Virus record (IMG/VR): IMGVR_UViG_3300020430_000017
Location: 1 to 60,101 of that record
Source of the DNA: a virus
Lineage: Duplodnaviria; Caudoviricetes
Strand: one strand, 5' to 3'
Length of the DNA stretch: 60,101 nt
Positions within the stretch are counted from its first letter, which is position 1. Every line of letters starts with the position of its first letter. Below, piece after piece: positions 16,155-26,143 of this stretch. The notes below the pieces were generated by a model. That model was not told where the DNA came from and did no database searches. It was given only the letters and a program-made list of their open reading frames with translations. The translations under genes were made by a program, and so were the position numbers.

Positions 16155-19100
16155 TTACTCCGCTTCTTTAATAATCTTTCTTATCTTACCACGGATTTTT
16201 GCTTCTGTCAACCTTTTCTTTAGATACGCAACGCGGCGATCAATACTTTCTGCTGGTCGAGGCTCACCTGTTGTGCCGCGAAGGGTTGCATTCTCTGGAT
16301 CAAGCTGTCTGATGATCTCTTTAGTCCATGCGTCAAGCATTTCTTGGGGTGGTGGCTCACCATTATGAGCCGCACGCCAGCGGCTGTCGGCAAGCGCCAC
16401 TTCATAATCAACACGCTTCTTCAAAATCTCTTCCTTGGAGCCAAAGAATTTCGTTGTGATTGCTTCGTCGGCGTGGCGTGCAAAATCCATCTTATTGATA
16501 ATCGCACCTGCAACGCCTGCTTCGGTTGTCCATCGTCGGACCTCCTGTTCCCAGCCTTCGGGCAAGTGCTTCTGCTTGTCCCAGCCAATGTGCCGACCGT
16601 TTGACATTCCAGTTAGAAACCTCTCAACCAAGACCTCTTTCTCGTATACGTTCATGGCTTCCCAAATGGCTCCGTCATTGTTAGTCCACCATTCGGCAAT
16701 AGCTTGTGTACTCTTAGCAATCTCTTCCTGATAATGGTTTGCCCTCTGTATAGCGTTAGCTGAAAGCTCAATTGCATGATTGCCGCTCATATAACTCTGC
16801 TTCATTTCTTCTGAAATCTCATAGTTTGGCTCAAGAACAAACTCTTCTGTGACCTCTCTTGCTGCCTGCATAATCATATCAATGTGTTCATCGACAAACT
16901 CAACAAAATGGAATGCACCTTGCAACTCTTCAAGCGTGTCCTTGCTGTTCACCACAACTCTGAATCTGAAAAAGATTGGAAGCTCTGTCGAGTCATCTCC
17001 CGACTCGCCAAATATCAGACCAAGCTGCACGTCCTTAGCAAAGTCAACGCCCTCGTACTCCGGTCTTGCGTATTTATCACCGAAAGGAAAGTCAAGCTGC
17101 TTCTCTGCATAGCCATTCGCTGCAGATTCCAACTTCTTTAGCTTGTCTGCAAAGAACTTGGCGAAAGCAGAGTTTGTGTCTGGTCCGACCCACACAACAC
17201 GACGCTCTTTTCTACCACTGATTGCGCTAGCCATCAACTGGCTAAACTGGTTTCTGATAACCGACCGGCTAATCGTACTGTAGGTGTTCATCGGGTGTTT
17301 CGTGAGCCAATACATTTTCTCTCTATTGATCTTAATGTCTAGAGGCATGTCAGGGTCGCCGTTGCCAGTGCCTCGCCCAAGATTAAACCAAATCTCGCCC
17401 GATGGATCGTCATCGTCGTCACCAATGACATTAAAGTTTTTGAGCCTATCTTCAAAGTCCTCGATCTCACTGGTTGTGTTATCCCATGCGTTTTGCTTGG
17501 CATAGCCGTCACTGACCAGCTTTCTCCTCACCTTCTCATAAAGCTCATCGTACTTGCCGTCTAGCTCTAGCATATAGTCTAAGAAATAGTCAGCATCGTC
17601 GGGGTTGCTGCAGTCTTCGCATTGAAATCTATAATCAATAACCAGAGTGCCATCATCATCTATTTCCCAGTCAATCTCTTCTGCATATTCGCCTATGTCG
17701 AGGGTGCTGTTTGAAAATTCACGGCTTGCGTACGACCCGTCGCCCCAACTGTTTTCGGGAATGCTTTGTTCTGGGGCTCCGTCCTTCCAGCCCAAGTCGA
17801 TTCTTAACGTTAATGTTCCGTCCGCATTGACATATGGCTGGTCGCCCCAACCATCGGCTTCTTGGACATATGCACCGAAGGTTGCATTCTCCAACTGGTT
17901 ACTAGCTGTATCGTTCAAGTCGTCAACGGCATTTTCATATTCCTCATAAAGCCGGTTTTGTTCTTCCTCTTCTTCGTCTCCTTCGTCGTGATGTACATCC
18001 ATGCCAAACGAGTAAGGGTCGTCCATGTCTGGGCTTCTACCCGGTCTAAAGAACAGACTGAGGATTTCGCCGTCGCGGGTGTCACCATAGCTACCGCCGT
18101 AGCGTGTGAGATAGTCTGACTGCGGTATGAAATACGTGGTTGCTTCGCCCTTGCCAGTCTCAGGATCAATGTCTCCCAACTCTTGAGCGAATATCTCTTT
18201 CTGCTTATCCCACACAAACTCTCGCACTGCGGCGATAAAGCCGGGGATCCCCTTGCCGTATTGTCTGCTCTCGGGAGCAGCAAAGGTTAATGAATTGGGT
18301 TCGTCCACATACTTTCTGAGCCTAACGCGAGCAGAAGCACCGATGCCCTCAACGCCCCTGTCGTTATCTCTAAAGATTTCTTCATCGTCAAACTCGCCGA
18401 TGTCTACCTTGTCTGGCGCTCGGGTAGCTTCTTCGCTGTGCTTCTTTAGTGCGGCATCGTATTCTTCTTGTGATGTGATGCCTTCGTATGGTTTGAAACC
18501 GGGAAGCCCAGCCGCTTGTGCATCTTCATAGTTTTTAATGTACTGCTTGAATAGCTCAGGGCTGATGTTCAACTCTTTTGCTTTGGAGATCAGTGCGACC
18601 TCTTTGAATTTCTCTGGCTTTGCTGCCATCTCAACACGCTTATCAAGATCGTTCCACCACTTTGAGCCGTGGCTGCTCCTAGACCAAACCCACAACAGCA
18701 CCAATGCACCTTCGGGACTCTCTGTATCATAGTCCTGACGAATCTGTGTAATTCTCTCGGCTTGTCCCATCGTGTCATACATTCTGTCTAGCTTGGCAAT
18801 CGGCTTTTCTCTTTCCTCAGAAGGTGTCAGAAGTTTATTAAGTTCTGTCTCTGTGACTGCGTACGCGATAGGTCCGTGACCCTTGGCTTCCGCAACTGCA
18901 CATTGGAAATACTCGCTGCCCTCGCTGTGGCATGAGCGAATGTTACTAATGTCACTCATGCGCAGAACATCAATGGGGTGACGCGACAAGATAACGTGCA
19001 TGTTCGCTGACTTAGCAGGATCCGTCAAGAGGGCATCAATCTTTGTGTGGTTTCTGTCTTTTGTGTAGAATGTTTGGTTCTTTGCCCACCACTGCGCCGA

Positions 19101-19754
19101 GCCCTCGGGAACCTCACCCTTCTTCTCAAGACCACCAATAATCTTATTGATGCCCTGTTTCTGAACCTTAGTAATCTTCTCGCCTGCTCGCGGTCCTTTC
19201 GGAATGACCTGCTCGACTCGGCGTTCCATAGTCAGATCGGCAACGTCAATTTCTACTTCGTATTCGCCACCACCATCAGCAGCAAGGCGTTGGCGCTTCT
19301 GCTTTACCTTCTTTGTGGGAAAGCCACGGGACGAAGGATCAACACGGGCTTCCCACGCCTTCCAATCTTCTTTCGTTGGCTCCCAGTCTTCGTCCGTATC
19401 TGGGTTGACCTGTTGCCCGGTTTCTACGTTCTTCTCGTAAGCATAGAGGCTACGGTATCGGTCGCGAGCATCCTCGCTAATCGGCGGCAACCAGCCTGCA
19501 GCCTTGACGCCTCGCATGATAGCTTTAAGCATGCGGGTGTCCTCGCTGTCCAGCGGGAAAGTAACACGCATGTTGTCGCCAAAGATCTCTCCGAAATCGT
19601 AAGCTAAACCTTCTGTTTCAGCCATCCAGTCATAGATCTTCTGAGCAGCCTGCGAAGAGATTTCATTCATAATCTCGCGGCTCTCGGCAATGGTCGGCGG
19701 CTTTGTACTTTGTGCGAACTTCTGCCAGTTCTCTAGAATAGTTTTATAATCCAT
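16155..19754 (-). CDS. large acidic putative virion-internal protein (paralog of 53353-55704)
   Basis: 1199 aa; N-terminus ILENWQKF; SRHPIDVLRMSD...SCH...CAVAEA core. Confidence 0.75.
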   Translation of the reverse strand: MDYKTILENWQKFAQSTKPPTIAESREIMNEISSQAAQKIYDWMAETEGLAYDFGEIFGDNMRVTFPLDSEDTRMLKAIMRGVKAAGWLPPISEDARDRYRSLYAYEKNVETGQQVNPDTDEDWEPTKEDWKAWEARVDPSSRGFPTKKVKQKRQRLAADGGGEYEVEIDVADLTMERRVEQVIPKGPRAGEKITKVQKQGINKIIGGLEKKGEVPEGSAQWWAKNQTFYTKDRNHTKIDALLTDPAKSANMHVILSRHPIDVLRMSDISNIRSCHSEGSEYFQCAVAEAKGHGPIAYAVTETELNKLLTPSEEREKPIAKLDRMYDTMGQAERITQIRQDYDTESPEGALVLLWVWSRSSHGSKWWNDLDKRVEMAAKPEKFKEVALISKAKELNISPELFKQYIKNYEDAQAAGLPGFKPYEGITSQEEYDAALKKHSEEATRAPDKVDIGEFDDEEIFRDNDRGVEGIGASARVRLRKYVDEPNSLTFAAPESRQYGKGIPGFIAAVREFVWDKQKEIFAQELGDIDPETGKGEATTYFIPQSDYLTRYGGSYGDTRDGEILSLFFRPGRSPDMDDPYSFGMDVHHDEGDEEEEEQNRLYEEYENAVDDLNDTASNQLENATFGAYVQEADGWGDQPYVNADGTLTLRIDLGWKDGAPEQSIPENSWGDGSYASREFSNSTLDIGEYAEEIDWEIDDDGTLVIDYRFQCEDCSNPDDADYFLDYMLELDGKYDELYEKVRRKLVSDGYAKQNAWDNTTSEIEDFEDRLKNFNVIGDDDDDPSGEIWFNLGRGTGNGDPDMPLDIKINREKMYWLTKHPMNTYSTISRSVIRNQFSQLMASAISGRKERRVVWVGPDTNSAFAKFFADKLKKLESAANGYAEKQLDFPFGDKYARPEYEGVDFAKDVQLGLIFGESGDDSTELPIFFRFRVVVNSKDTLEELQGAFHFVEFVDEHIDMIMQAAREVTEEFVLEPNYEISEEMKQSYMSGNHAIELSANAIQRANHYQEEIAKSTQAIAEWWTNNDGAIWEAMNVYEKEVLVERFLTGMSNGRHIGWDKQKHLPEGWEQEVRRWTTEAGVAGAIINKMDFARHADEAITTKFFGSKEEILKKRVDYEVALADSRWRAAHNGEPPPQEMLDAWTKEIIRQLDPENATLRGTTGEPRPAESIDRRVAYLKKRLTEAKIRGKIRKIIKEAE

Positions 19755-19769
19755 GTGGCGTTCCTACAG

Positions 19770-19777
19770 TAATTAGT
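19770..19777 (-). promoter_or_regulatory. ACTANTTA putative late-promoter motif (representative copy)
   Basis: ACTAATTA. Other copies start at 5918, 13052, 15087, 20940, 24483, 27636, 30237, 35531, 50126 and 55723. Confidence 0.6.
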
Positions 19778-20132
19778 ACGTTTTCTGCTCACCGTCATCA
19801 TAAGTAATGATAGTTTTGTTCGACGGATGAGGTTCTACATGAACCTTCAAAAAGTCGCCCAAGCTATCAAAGATAGCGATACCGCCTCTCGGCGGTGGAT
19901 AGAGCCAGTGAATGATGCAGTGACCTGACGCTAACTCAACGCCCTCAATCACGACACCCTCTCCTGAAACGCCAGTCTCGTCGTTCTGTCGGCACACAGT
20001 AAAGGTACGAATACCTCTCGGAGCCAACTTAGGCGGTGGCTTAGGTTTCAAGCTCTCGTCTATCTCACCCAACTCATCAGTTGTGACCATAGCGATAACT
20101 TCACCATCATCGTCAAATTGAATACTCATCAT
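19773..20132 (-). CDS. conserved phage hypothetical protein
   Basis: FTVCRQNDETGVSGEGVVIEGV...HW motif. Confidence 0.7.
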   Translation of the reverse strand: MMSIQFDDDGEVIAMVTTDELGEIDESLKPKPPPKLAPRGIRTFTVCRQNDETGVSGEGVVIEGVELASGHCIIHWLYPPPRGGIAIFDSLGDFLKVHVEPHPSNKTIITYDDGEQKTY

Positions 20133-20449
20133 GCATCCCCCACAGGCGCTAAGTTTCGGAGCAAACTGTCTTCGATTTCATCTGTAAGTGATTTCATGAT
20201 TGCCCTCTCTGCCTCTTTCATCTCATCCATGTGCTGCCAAAGCAACACATTCTCATCCTTGACTGCTGCCAAAGCCTCTGACAGTTTCTTGTTGTTGATC
20301 CTCAATAGCTCTACCTGATATCTTAGCTCAAGGTTCTCACGCTGTAGAGAGGATCCTGATCTTACCCTCTTCCAAGCCCGACTCAAAGTCCGTGCGGGCA
20401 ATAGCACTGCGTCTTTTGCTGTGACCAGTGCCCAATGAAAAAGTCTCAT
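20129..20449 (-). CDS. coiled-coil hypothetical protein
   Basis: Heptad-like C-terminal half. Confidence 0.6.
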   Translation of the reverse strand: MRLFHWALVTAKDAVLLPARTLSRAWKRVRSGSSLQRENLELRYQVELLRINNKKLSEALAAVKDENVLLWQHMDEMKEAERAIMKSLTDEIEDSLLRNLAPVGDA

Positions 20450-20558
20450 AGTAATATTCCTTTTTTAAATCGCTGTCGAGCATCTGAAACCCGACGCAGA
20501 ACTTGTCAACAATAACATGCTGCGTGTCTCCGATCATAACCAATGTGCCGATTTTCAT
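20337..20558 (-). CDS. small hypothetical protein (SH3-like start)
   Basis: MKIGTLVMI; overlaps the next ORF. Confidence 0.5.
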   Translation of the reverse strand: MKIGTLVMIGDTQHVIVDKFCVGFQMLDSDLKKEYYYETFSLGTGHSKRRSAIARTDFESGLEEGKIRILSTA

Positions 20559-20935
20559 GATGACACCTCCACTGGCTCTCCCCAGCGAACAATGCTGAGT
20601 CCTTTAATCTTGGCTAAATCAGCCGTCAAATAGCGACGAACCCAGTAACGAGGCGCTAGATCGGAGTTAAGCTCAAACTTAATAACATATCGGTTGAACC
20701 AATACTGGTCAGTAGCTCTCGCTCGACTGACGTGACCTGCACGCGCAGGATCAGTAACCGTCGTAACACGCTCAATTGAGCGAATATCATCGAGGGTCTG
20801 ATCCTTATTGCCGCCTTTCGTCTTGCTGATGCGTACATCCACCTCAACCTCATAGGCGCGGTGAATATATGTAGGGTCATCCTCTTCCTTAAGAAGCCTA
20901 AACCACTTGTCTGCTGCTCTCTTCGATTCTTGCAT
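20555..20935 (-). CDS. hypothetical protein with putative capsid-targeting N-terminus
   Basis: MQESKRAADKWFRLLKEE; ACTATTTA 4 nt before the ATG. Confidence 0.65.
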   Translation of the reverse strand: MQESKRAADKWFRLLKEEDDPTYIHRAYEVEVDVRISKTKGGNKDQTLDDIRSIERVTTVTDPARAGHVSRARATDQYWFNRYVIKFELNSDLAPRYWVRRYLTADLAKIKGLSIVRWGEPVEVSS

Positions 20936-20958
20936 GTAATAAATAGTTTGTTTCATGT

Positions 20959-21696
20959 TTAAATGCTTTTTAACAACTCTGCAGTGTCTTTCCATGACTC
21001 AACACTGTGAACGTGACCGTTTCCCCGATTGCGAACAGCCTCTGCGATTGCAAAGTCGTTACCGGGATATTCTGTCCTATCCCCTACAAAATGTATTATA
21101 GCATCTTGCGGTAAATCTTTAAAATGTTCTCGTATCACCTGAGACTTGTCGCGACCCTTGGTGAAAATATCAATACTAACTGCTCCACCGATAACAAAAT
21201 CACAGCTAGCATGCTTCTCGGACAAGCGTGCAACAATAGCCTCGCGCTCTTTGTGTTCTGCATCATAGGCTGCGTACTCTCTTCTTTGGTCCTGAGTAGC
21301 CTTTGTTCCAACGATAGAAAAGTTAATCATCCCAGTGCGATTATCATAGTGGGCACCTGTCTTGGTTGGGTAGGCAGACTTCTCTACTTCCTTTGTCAAG
21401 TCAGCAATCAAGCCCTTGTTAGGTCTGAACTTGTGCTCGTATTCGTGAAACCATGCTCTAGGTTCACCTTTCTTTCTTCTGTAATATACGTTGCCCATGC
21501 ACGCAAACACGCCCTCGATACGGTCCATCACCGCTGGAGATAGCTGCTCGGTCAGTCTCTTGAAGCTGCCGCCTGAGACAAGGTAGACTTCTTTATCCTT
21601 TGTCCACTCGAAAAATTGGAGGCGAAAAATTTCAACCGCCTTCTGTTTCGGAGGCGTCAAAGTTCCATCAACATCAAACAAGTATATTGTTCTCAT
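20959..21696 (-). CDS. phosphomannomutase-like HAD-IIB enzyme
   Basis: FDVDGTLT, VSGGS, RTGMINFS, GGAVSIDIF, DK, FVGD...GND (eukaryote-type PMM motifs). Confidence 0.82.
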   Translation of the reverse strand: MRTIYLFDVDGTLTPPKQKAVEIFRLQFFEWTKDKEVYLVSGGSFKRLTEQLSPAVMDRIEGVFACMGNVYYRRKKGEPRAWFHEYEHKFRPNKGLIADLTKEVEKSAYPTKTGAHYDNRTGMINFSIVGTKATQDQRREYAAYDAEHKEREAIVARLSEKHASCDFVIGGAVSIDIFTKGRDKSQVIREHFKDLPQDAIIHFVGDRTEYPGNDFAIAEAVRNRGNGHVHSVESWKDTAELLKSI

Positions 21697-22055
21697 CTAT
21701 TGTAATCATCCTGCAAGCGAACCACATCGTCAATCTCTGCTGTGCTCACCTCAATCAGCACAACGTCTTCCTTGTCGGCACAATAGCGATGAATCAAACC
21801 GGGTCGAATACGCTGACTCTCACCTTCGCCCAGCACCATTTGGATGCTAGTCTCTGTATCGGTGTACTCATGGTGTGGTCCGTACTCCAACAACAAAGAA
21901 CCTTTCAAGACGTAGATAGTCTCATCCTTTTCTCTATGGTACTGCAGGGACAGTCTGTGTCCTGCATTGATGTGCAGAATCTTTCCCAAATATCTGTCGG
22001 TGATTGCCCACCTGTCTTCGTAGCCCCAAGGCTTCACAACTAAGTTATCTTTCAT
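21693..22055 (-). CDS. cupin, mannose-6-phosphate isomerase-like
   Basis: KPWG...KILHI..GHRLSLQYH..KDET...HR...EVST..DDVVRLQDDY. Confidence 0.8.
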   Translation of the reverse strand: MKDNLVVKPWGYEDRWAITDRYLGKILHINAGHRLSLQYHREKDETIYVLKGSLLLEYGPHHEYTDTETSIQMVLGEGESQRIRPGLIHRYCADKEDVVLIEVSTAEIDDVVRLQDDYNR

Positions 22056-22060
22056 GTCAC

Positions 22061-22231
22061 TCACCTGCACACTGGGGGCTTTGCAAAAAGATGAATGCCC
22101 TCGCGAGGCTCCCACCCATGCTTCTTGATGTAAGCCTTCTTAGCTGCTTTGCCATCAATACCCTCTTCAACACCAATGGTGGTGTATTTGCGAGTTTCAA
22201 AGTTGTATTCCATAATCGTATAATCGTTCAT
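22061..22231 (-). CDS. 56 aa hypothetical protein
   Basis: Not in the track. GGAGA RBS; MNDYTIMEYNFETRK...; fills the gap. Confidence 0.55.
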   Translation of the reverse strand: MNDYTIMEYNFETRKYTTIGVEEGIDGKAAKKAYIKKHGWEPREGIHLFAKPPVCR

Positions 22232-22232
22232 T

Positions 22233-22583
22233 TTATCTCCAAAATAGTTGTACAGCCATGATGCAGCACGAAAGAAAGATGCAGATCATGGTCTTGGTTG
22301 TGAACATGCTCTCGTTAAGCAAGAGCCATGTAAGGACGGGAAAAACAAAGTATGACGCGGCAAAGCCCATGAATCGTGCTGACCACGCTTCTCCTGTTTC
22401 CTCAAAAATATAGCGGGTAGCCATCCAAAAGCTGAGCCCAACAGGGATAGAATAGATACCAACTGCCAATAGGGGTTTATCTTTCCACCACTCCCACGCA
22501 AACTGAGAATTTAGCTGGAACCATGCGCAAACATGCCCAAGAAAAAAGAACCCAAGACCATATAAAAAGTTAACACTAGGCAT
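22233..22583 (-). CDS. small multi-pass membrane protein (DMT/SMR-like)
   Basis: Four hydrophobic segments. Confidence 0.7.
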   Translation of the reverse strand: MPSVNFLYGLGFFFLGHVCAWFQLNSQFAWEWWKDKPLLAVGIYSIPVGLSFWMATRYIFEETGEAWSARFMGFAASYFVFPVLTWLLLNESMFTTKTMICIFLSCCIMAVQLFWR

Positions 22584-23070
22584 TCTTACTCCATTCAAGA
22601 TACTTGTAAAGTGCGCTGGTCACCATGGAGTGCCATACACTATCGTCAATTGGGATTTGAAAATCCGCAGCAATCTCTCGCCCCTTCTCCCACGCCATCA
22701 CCTCTTCTCTCAGGGTGTCGATCTTGTGGGCTCGGGTGGCGCGTTTGCCATTAATAACCGCAGCAGGGTAGCGTCGTTTATGATCTCTCTCGCACTCTCT
22801 CAAGAGAACGTGTCCAGCCTCATGGAGCAACAAGTATAGTTGTCGCTGACGAGTGACGCGATTGTTGACCACGATAAAATCACCGGGCACAATGCCACGT
22901 CGCTCATGAAACAAAGCTGTTTCACCATCTTGTTCAAATGTTACTTGCAAATCATACTCAATCTCTAGGAAGCTGACAACTCTGTCGATATACTCTTTAT
23001 AAATCGCCGTTCTGTTGGAGTCTTCGCTTCCTTTTCTTTTCGCATTCTGTGCATCCTTCATTCTCATCAA
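22576..23070 (-). CDS. zincin-like metallopeptidase (ImmA/IrrE-like)
   Basis: LLHEAGH...EEVMAW. Confidence 0.7.
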   Translation of the reverse strand: MMRMKDAQNAKRKGSEDSNRTAIYKEYIDRVVSFLEIEYDLQVTFEQDGETALFHERRGIVPGDFIVVNNRVTRQRQLYLLLHEAGHVLLRECERDHKRRYPAAVINGKRATRAHKIDTLREEVMAWEKGREIAADFQIPIDDSVWHSMVTSALYKYLEWSKNA

Positions 23071-23314
23071 TCCCCAAATGTTCTTTAAGTTCAGCTAAGC
23101 CGCCAATTACTTCTTCATCTCCATTTATATCACACTTTACAACTAAAGGCAAGGCTGGCCACTTATATTTTTTGCCAATAAACACCTGCATCTCAGGGCT
23201 CTTGTCCATAAAGGTTAATGCATACTCATAACCAGACTTGTCCAGTGTCTTAACAGAAACAATAGTGTAAGGATCGTGACCGGTGCCATACACTTGGTAG
23301 TACATAATTGCCAT
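22997..23314 (-). CDS. glutaredoxin-fold protein lacking the CPYC cysteines
   Basis: VYGTGHDPYT...WPALPLV...IGGLAEL. Confidence 0.6.
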   Translation of the reverse strand: MAIMYYQVYGTGHDPYTIVSVKTLDKSGYEYALTFMDKSPEMQVFIGKKYKWPALPLVVKCDINGDEEVIGGLAELKEHLGIDENEGCTECEKKRKRRLQQNGDL

Positions 23315-23315
23315 G

Positions 23316-23612
23316 TCAGCCCTTTAACAACTGTTGAGTAGATATGTTTAGCTTATCTTCAATGAGCCCAATAGCGCCCACAACTACAATATCCATGCCG
23401 CCGTTGCCGCGACTCATTTGAATTTTAGTGAACTCCTGCCTAGCGTCTAAACCTTCGGGCAAAATACCCTCCTGCAAAAGCGCTGTTGCGCGAGCGTCAG
23501 GACGCAGGCACACAACATAGTCTGGGTTCACGACGACTTCTCTCAAAGTCCATTTGTTTTTTGTACGCTGAGTGGGCTGTTCATAAAGCTCCACCAACTT
23601 AATTCCCTTCAT
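23316..23612 (-). CDS. hypothetical protein (FlbD-like pattern)
   Basis: VVVNPDYVVCL...TKIQM...IVVVG. Confidence 0.6.
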   Translation of the reverse strand: MKGIKLVELYEQPTQRTKNKWTLREVVVNPDYVVCLRPDARATALLQEGILPEGLDARQEFTKIQMSRGNGGMDIVVVGAIGLIEDKLNISTQQLLKG

Positions 23613-23860
23613 CGTAATTCCTCCTTGTAGGGATAAACGTGTCTTTTGTTAGCATGCATGCGGCGACCGTTGACAAAGACAACAACAGTGTCTGGTAACT
23701 CGTCCATCACCACGCCAGTAGTTGGAGCGGTAGTGGTAGTCGTATGTGTCAATTCCAGTTCTGAAAGGCTCCACAGCACTACATCTTGGGGGATATGAAC
23801 TAAGTCGCCGACGACAAACTTAGGATTATTCACTTGTGTCTGGCGCTTCTTCTGTGCCAC
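23609..23860 (-). CDS. small SH3/KOW-like protein
   Basis: FVVGDLVHIP...TGVVM. Confidence 0.6.
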   Translation of the reverse strand: MAQKKRQTQVNNPKFVVGDLVHIPQDVVLWSLSELELTHTTTTTAPTTGVVMDELPDTVVVFVNGRRMHANKRHVYPYKEELR

Positions 23861-24128
23861 TTACTTTTCCTTGGATTGCGTTATTATAGCCAGAAAGCAG
23901 TGAGCCTGCATCCTCCAACCTCTGATCAATAGACGCAAGTTTGCGGCGAGTCTGCTCAATAACCTCTAAGATCTCTTCACCTTTAAGGACATCCCTGATG
24001 GAACCGTCGTCAATAGAACCGACATGGTTTGACAGGATGAGCAAAGCCTTGCCGCTATCTCTCATGAATTCAGTAATCAGGCTGGGTATATTCTCCAACT
24101 CTTCTGAATAAGTGATGTTAACTCTCAT
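23826..24128 (-). CDS. hypothetical protein
   Basis: GGAG RBS, helical 100 aa. Confidence 0.65.
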   Translation of the reverse strand: MRVNITYSEELENIPSLITEFMRDSGKALLILSNHVGSIDDGSIRDVLKGEEILEVIEQTRRKLASIDQRLEDAGSLLSGYNNAIQGKVSGTEEAPDTSE

Positions 24129-24148
24129 CTATACTCCAATAGATACTG

Positions 24149-24478
24149 TTAGGGGGCTGTTGTAATCATACCCCAAATACTATTCATAACCAATGCTATC
24201 GTCAAACTTACGATAGACCAAACAACCTTTGTGTTACTAGCCTTCCACGACTCCAACTGCTGAATGCGAGCCTCAAGCTGCGCATGTCTGGCGTATAGTC
24301 CCTTATCAGGATTATACATAGCTTCTTTGATCTTAGAAATGTCGCCTGACATGCTCTCCAGATCTGTCTTAAGATCCGTAATCCCCGACGAAAGGGTGTC
24401 AAGCTTCGCTCCTAGATTTGCGATAGAGGCGTTAAGCTCAATCATCATAGCACTCGCATTTGGAATATCATTGGACAT
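24149..24478 (-). CDS. coiled-coil protein with C-terminal transmembrane helix
   Basis: Heptads then VVWSIVSLTIALVM; ACTACTTA 4 nt before the ATG. Confidence 0.7.
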   Translation of the reverse strand: MSNDIPNASAMMIELNASIANLGAKLDTLSSGITDLKTDLESMSGDISKIKEAMYNPDKGLYARHAQLEARIQQLESWKASNTKVVWSIVSLTIALVMNSIWGMITTAP

Positions 24479-24504
24479 ACCTTAAGTAGTTTCTAGATAT
24501 TGTT

Positions 24505-26085
24505 TTAGCCCACAACAGCATGGCTAGTAGTCAACAAAGTCCCAGCAGCAGAAGCAGCGTTCTGCAGAGCGCAGCGCGTAACCTTGACAGGATCAATAAC
24601 ACCTGCCTCAATCATTCTGCACATAGTGCCTGTGTAGAAATCCCAGCCCTCGTCATCAGAACCTGCAAGCACACGCTCAGTAACAAGGTCTGCACTAGCA
24701 CCTGCGTTGTTAGCCATCTGTTGCAACGGGGCAAAGACCGCATTCTTAACAATCTCGATGCCTGCGCGCTGCTCTTCGGTAGGTGCATCAACCACAAGAT
24801 TGCTAGCTGCACGAATCAGGGCAACACCACCACCGGGAACGATCCCTTCTTGTTGGGCAGAGCGCACGGCTTCAAGTGCATCTTCAATTCGATGACGCTT
24901 CTCGGTCATTTCAATCTCGGTAGCAGCACCAACTTTAATAACCGCGACTCCGCTTGCGAGTCGGGTGATGCGCTCCTGAATCTTCTCGCACTCATGCAGG
25001 TCATCTGTCTCTTTCAACTCTGCCTTGAGATCTTCAATCTTCTCTTCAATCTTAGAATAGTCGCCTGCACCACCAGCAATAGTGGTAGAGCCCTTGGTAA
25101 CCTCGATAGTCTTGCAAGTACCAAGATGCTCAAGGGTTACATCGGCAGGGCTCATCGCATCAATCTGCGAAATGTATGTGGCTCCTACGGATAACGCAAG
25201 ATCCTGCATGATATTGGCACGGTCCTCACCATAGCGCGGTGCTTTGATAGAGGCAACCTTAATGCCTGAGTTCATTTCCTGACGGCGAACTGCATTCATA
25301 ATAAGTGCAGCCAGTGCTTGACCCTCAACCTCGTCAGCAACAATAATAAGCGGTCGAGTACTCCGATCTGCAATTTCAAGCACTGGCAAAATTTCATCCA
25401 CTCTCTCAATCTTGGCATCAGTCACCATGATAAGCGGATTTTCATAACGTACGTGTCGGCGGCGCTGGTCATTGATAAACGCCGTAGCTGTGAAGCCCGA
25501 AGAGAACCTGAAACCTTCAATGAGATCCAAGCTTGTCTCAAGGCTACGTGCCTCTTCTACCGTGACAGAGCCGTCCTTGCCAACGCTGTCAACCGCAGTA
25601 GCCACAATGTTGCCAAGGGTGCGGTCGTTGTTAGCAGAGATGGTAGCAATGTGAGCGATGTCATCCTTGCTGCGAATCGGCTGCGCCATGTCTTTCAGGT
25701 TAGTAACAATCCCATCGACAGCTAAGTTGATACCTCGCTGCAACTCGATAGGCGACATACCTGCGACCAGATACCTTTGCGACTGGTTCAGGATAGCACG
25801 GGCAAGCACCGTTGCGGTGGTGGTGCCATCACCAGCGGAAGTGTTCGTCTGCGCAGACACCTGCTTGATGATCTGTGCTCCCACATTCTCAAATGGATCC
25901 TCTAAGTCCACATGATTAGCGACGGTCACTCCGTCTTTAGTAATCATAGGATTGCCATTCTCAGTTTTAAGAATGACGTTCCTTCCACGCGGTCCAAGTG
26001 TTGCCGCCGTATAGTCTGCTAGCAGATTGACGCCTGCCAGAATCTTTTTGTTTAACTCAGTACCTTTACAGAATTGTCTAGGCAA
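24505..26085 (-). CDS. groEL: chaperonin GroEL
   Basis: TLGPRGRNV, ITKDGVTVA, AGDGTTTATVLA, GIVPGGG, GVIDPVKV. Confidence 0.97.
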   Translation of the reverse strand: MPRQFCKGTELNKKILAGVNLLADYTAATLGPRGRNVILKTENGNPMITKDGVTVANHVDLEDPFENVGAQIIKQVSAQTNTSAGDGTTTATVLARAILNQSQRYLVAGMSPIELQRGINLAVDGIVTNLKDMAQPIRSKDDIAHIATISANNDRTLGNIVATAVDSVGKDGSVTVEEARSLETSLDLIEGFRFSSGFTATAFINDQRRRHVRYENPLIMVTDAKIERVDEILPVLEIADRSTRPLIIVADEVEGQALAALIMNAVRRQEMNSGIKVASIKAPRYGEDRANIMQDLALSVGATYISQIDAMSPADVTLEHLGTCKTIEVTKGSTTIAGGAGDYSKIEEKIEDLKAELKETDDLHECEKIQERITRLASGVAVIKVGAATEIEMTEKRHRIEDALEAVRSAQQEGIVPGGGVALIRAASNLVVDAPTEEQRAGIEIVKNAVFAPLQQMANNAGASADLVTERVLAGSDDEGWDFYTGTMCRMIEAGVIDPVKVTRCALQNAASAAGTLLTTSHAVVG

Positions 26086-26109
26086 TGTACACCTCTCATA
26101 TTATGGTTT

Positions 26110-26138
26110 ATTATACCCCAACTACACGGGGTTGTCAA
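26110..26138 (-). promoter_or_regulatory. sigma70-type promoter of groEL
   Basis: TTGACA-N17-TATAAT. Confidence 0.85.
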
Positions 26139-26143
26139 ATTGT

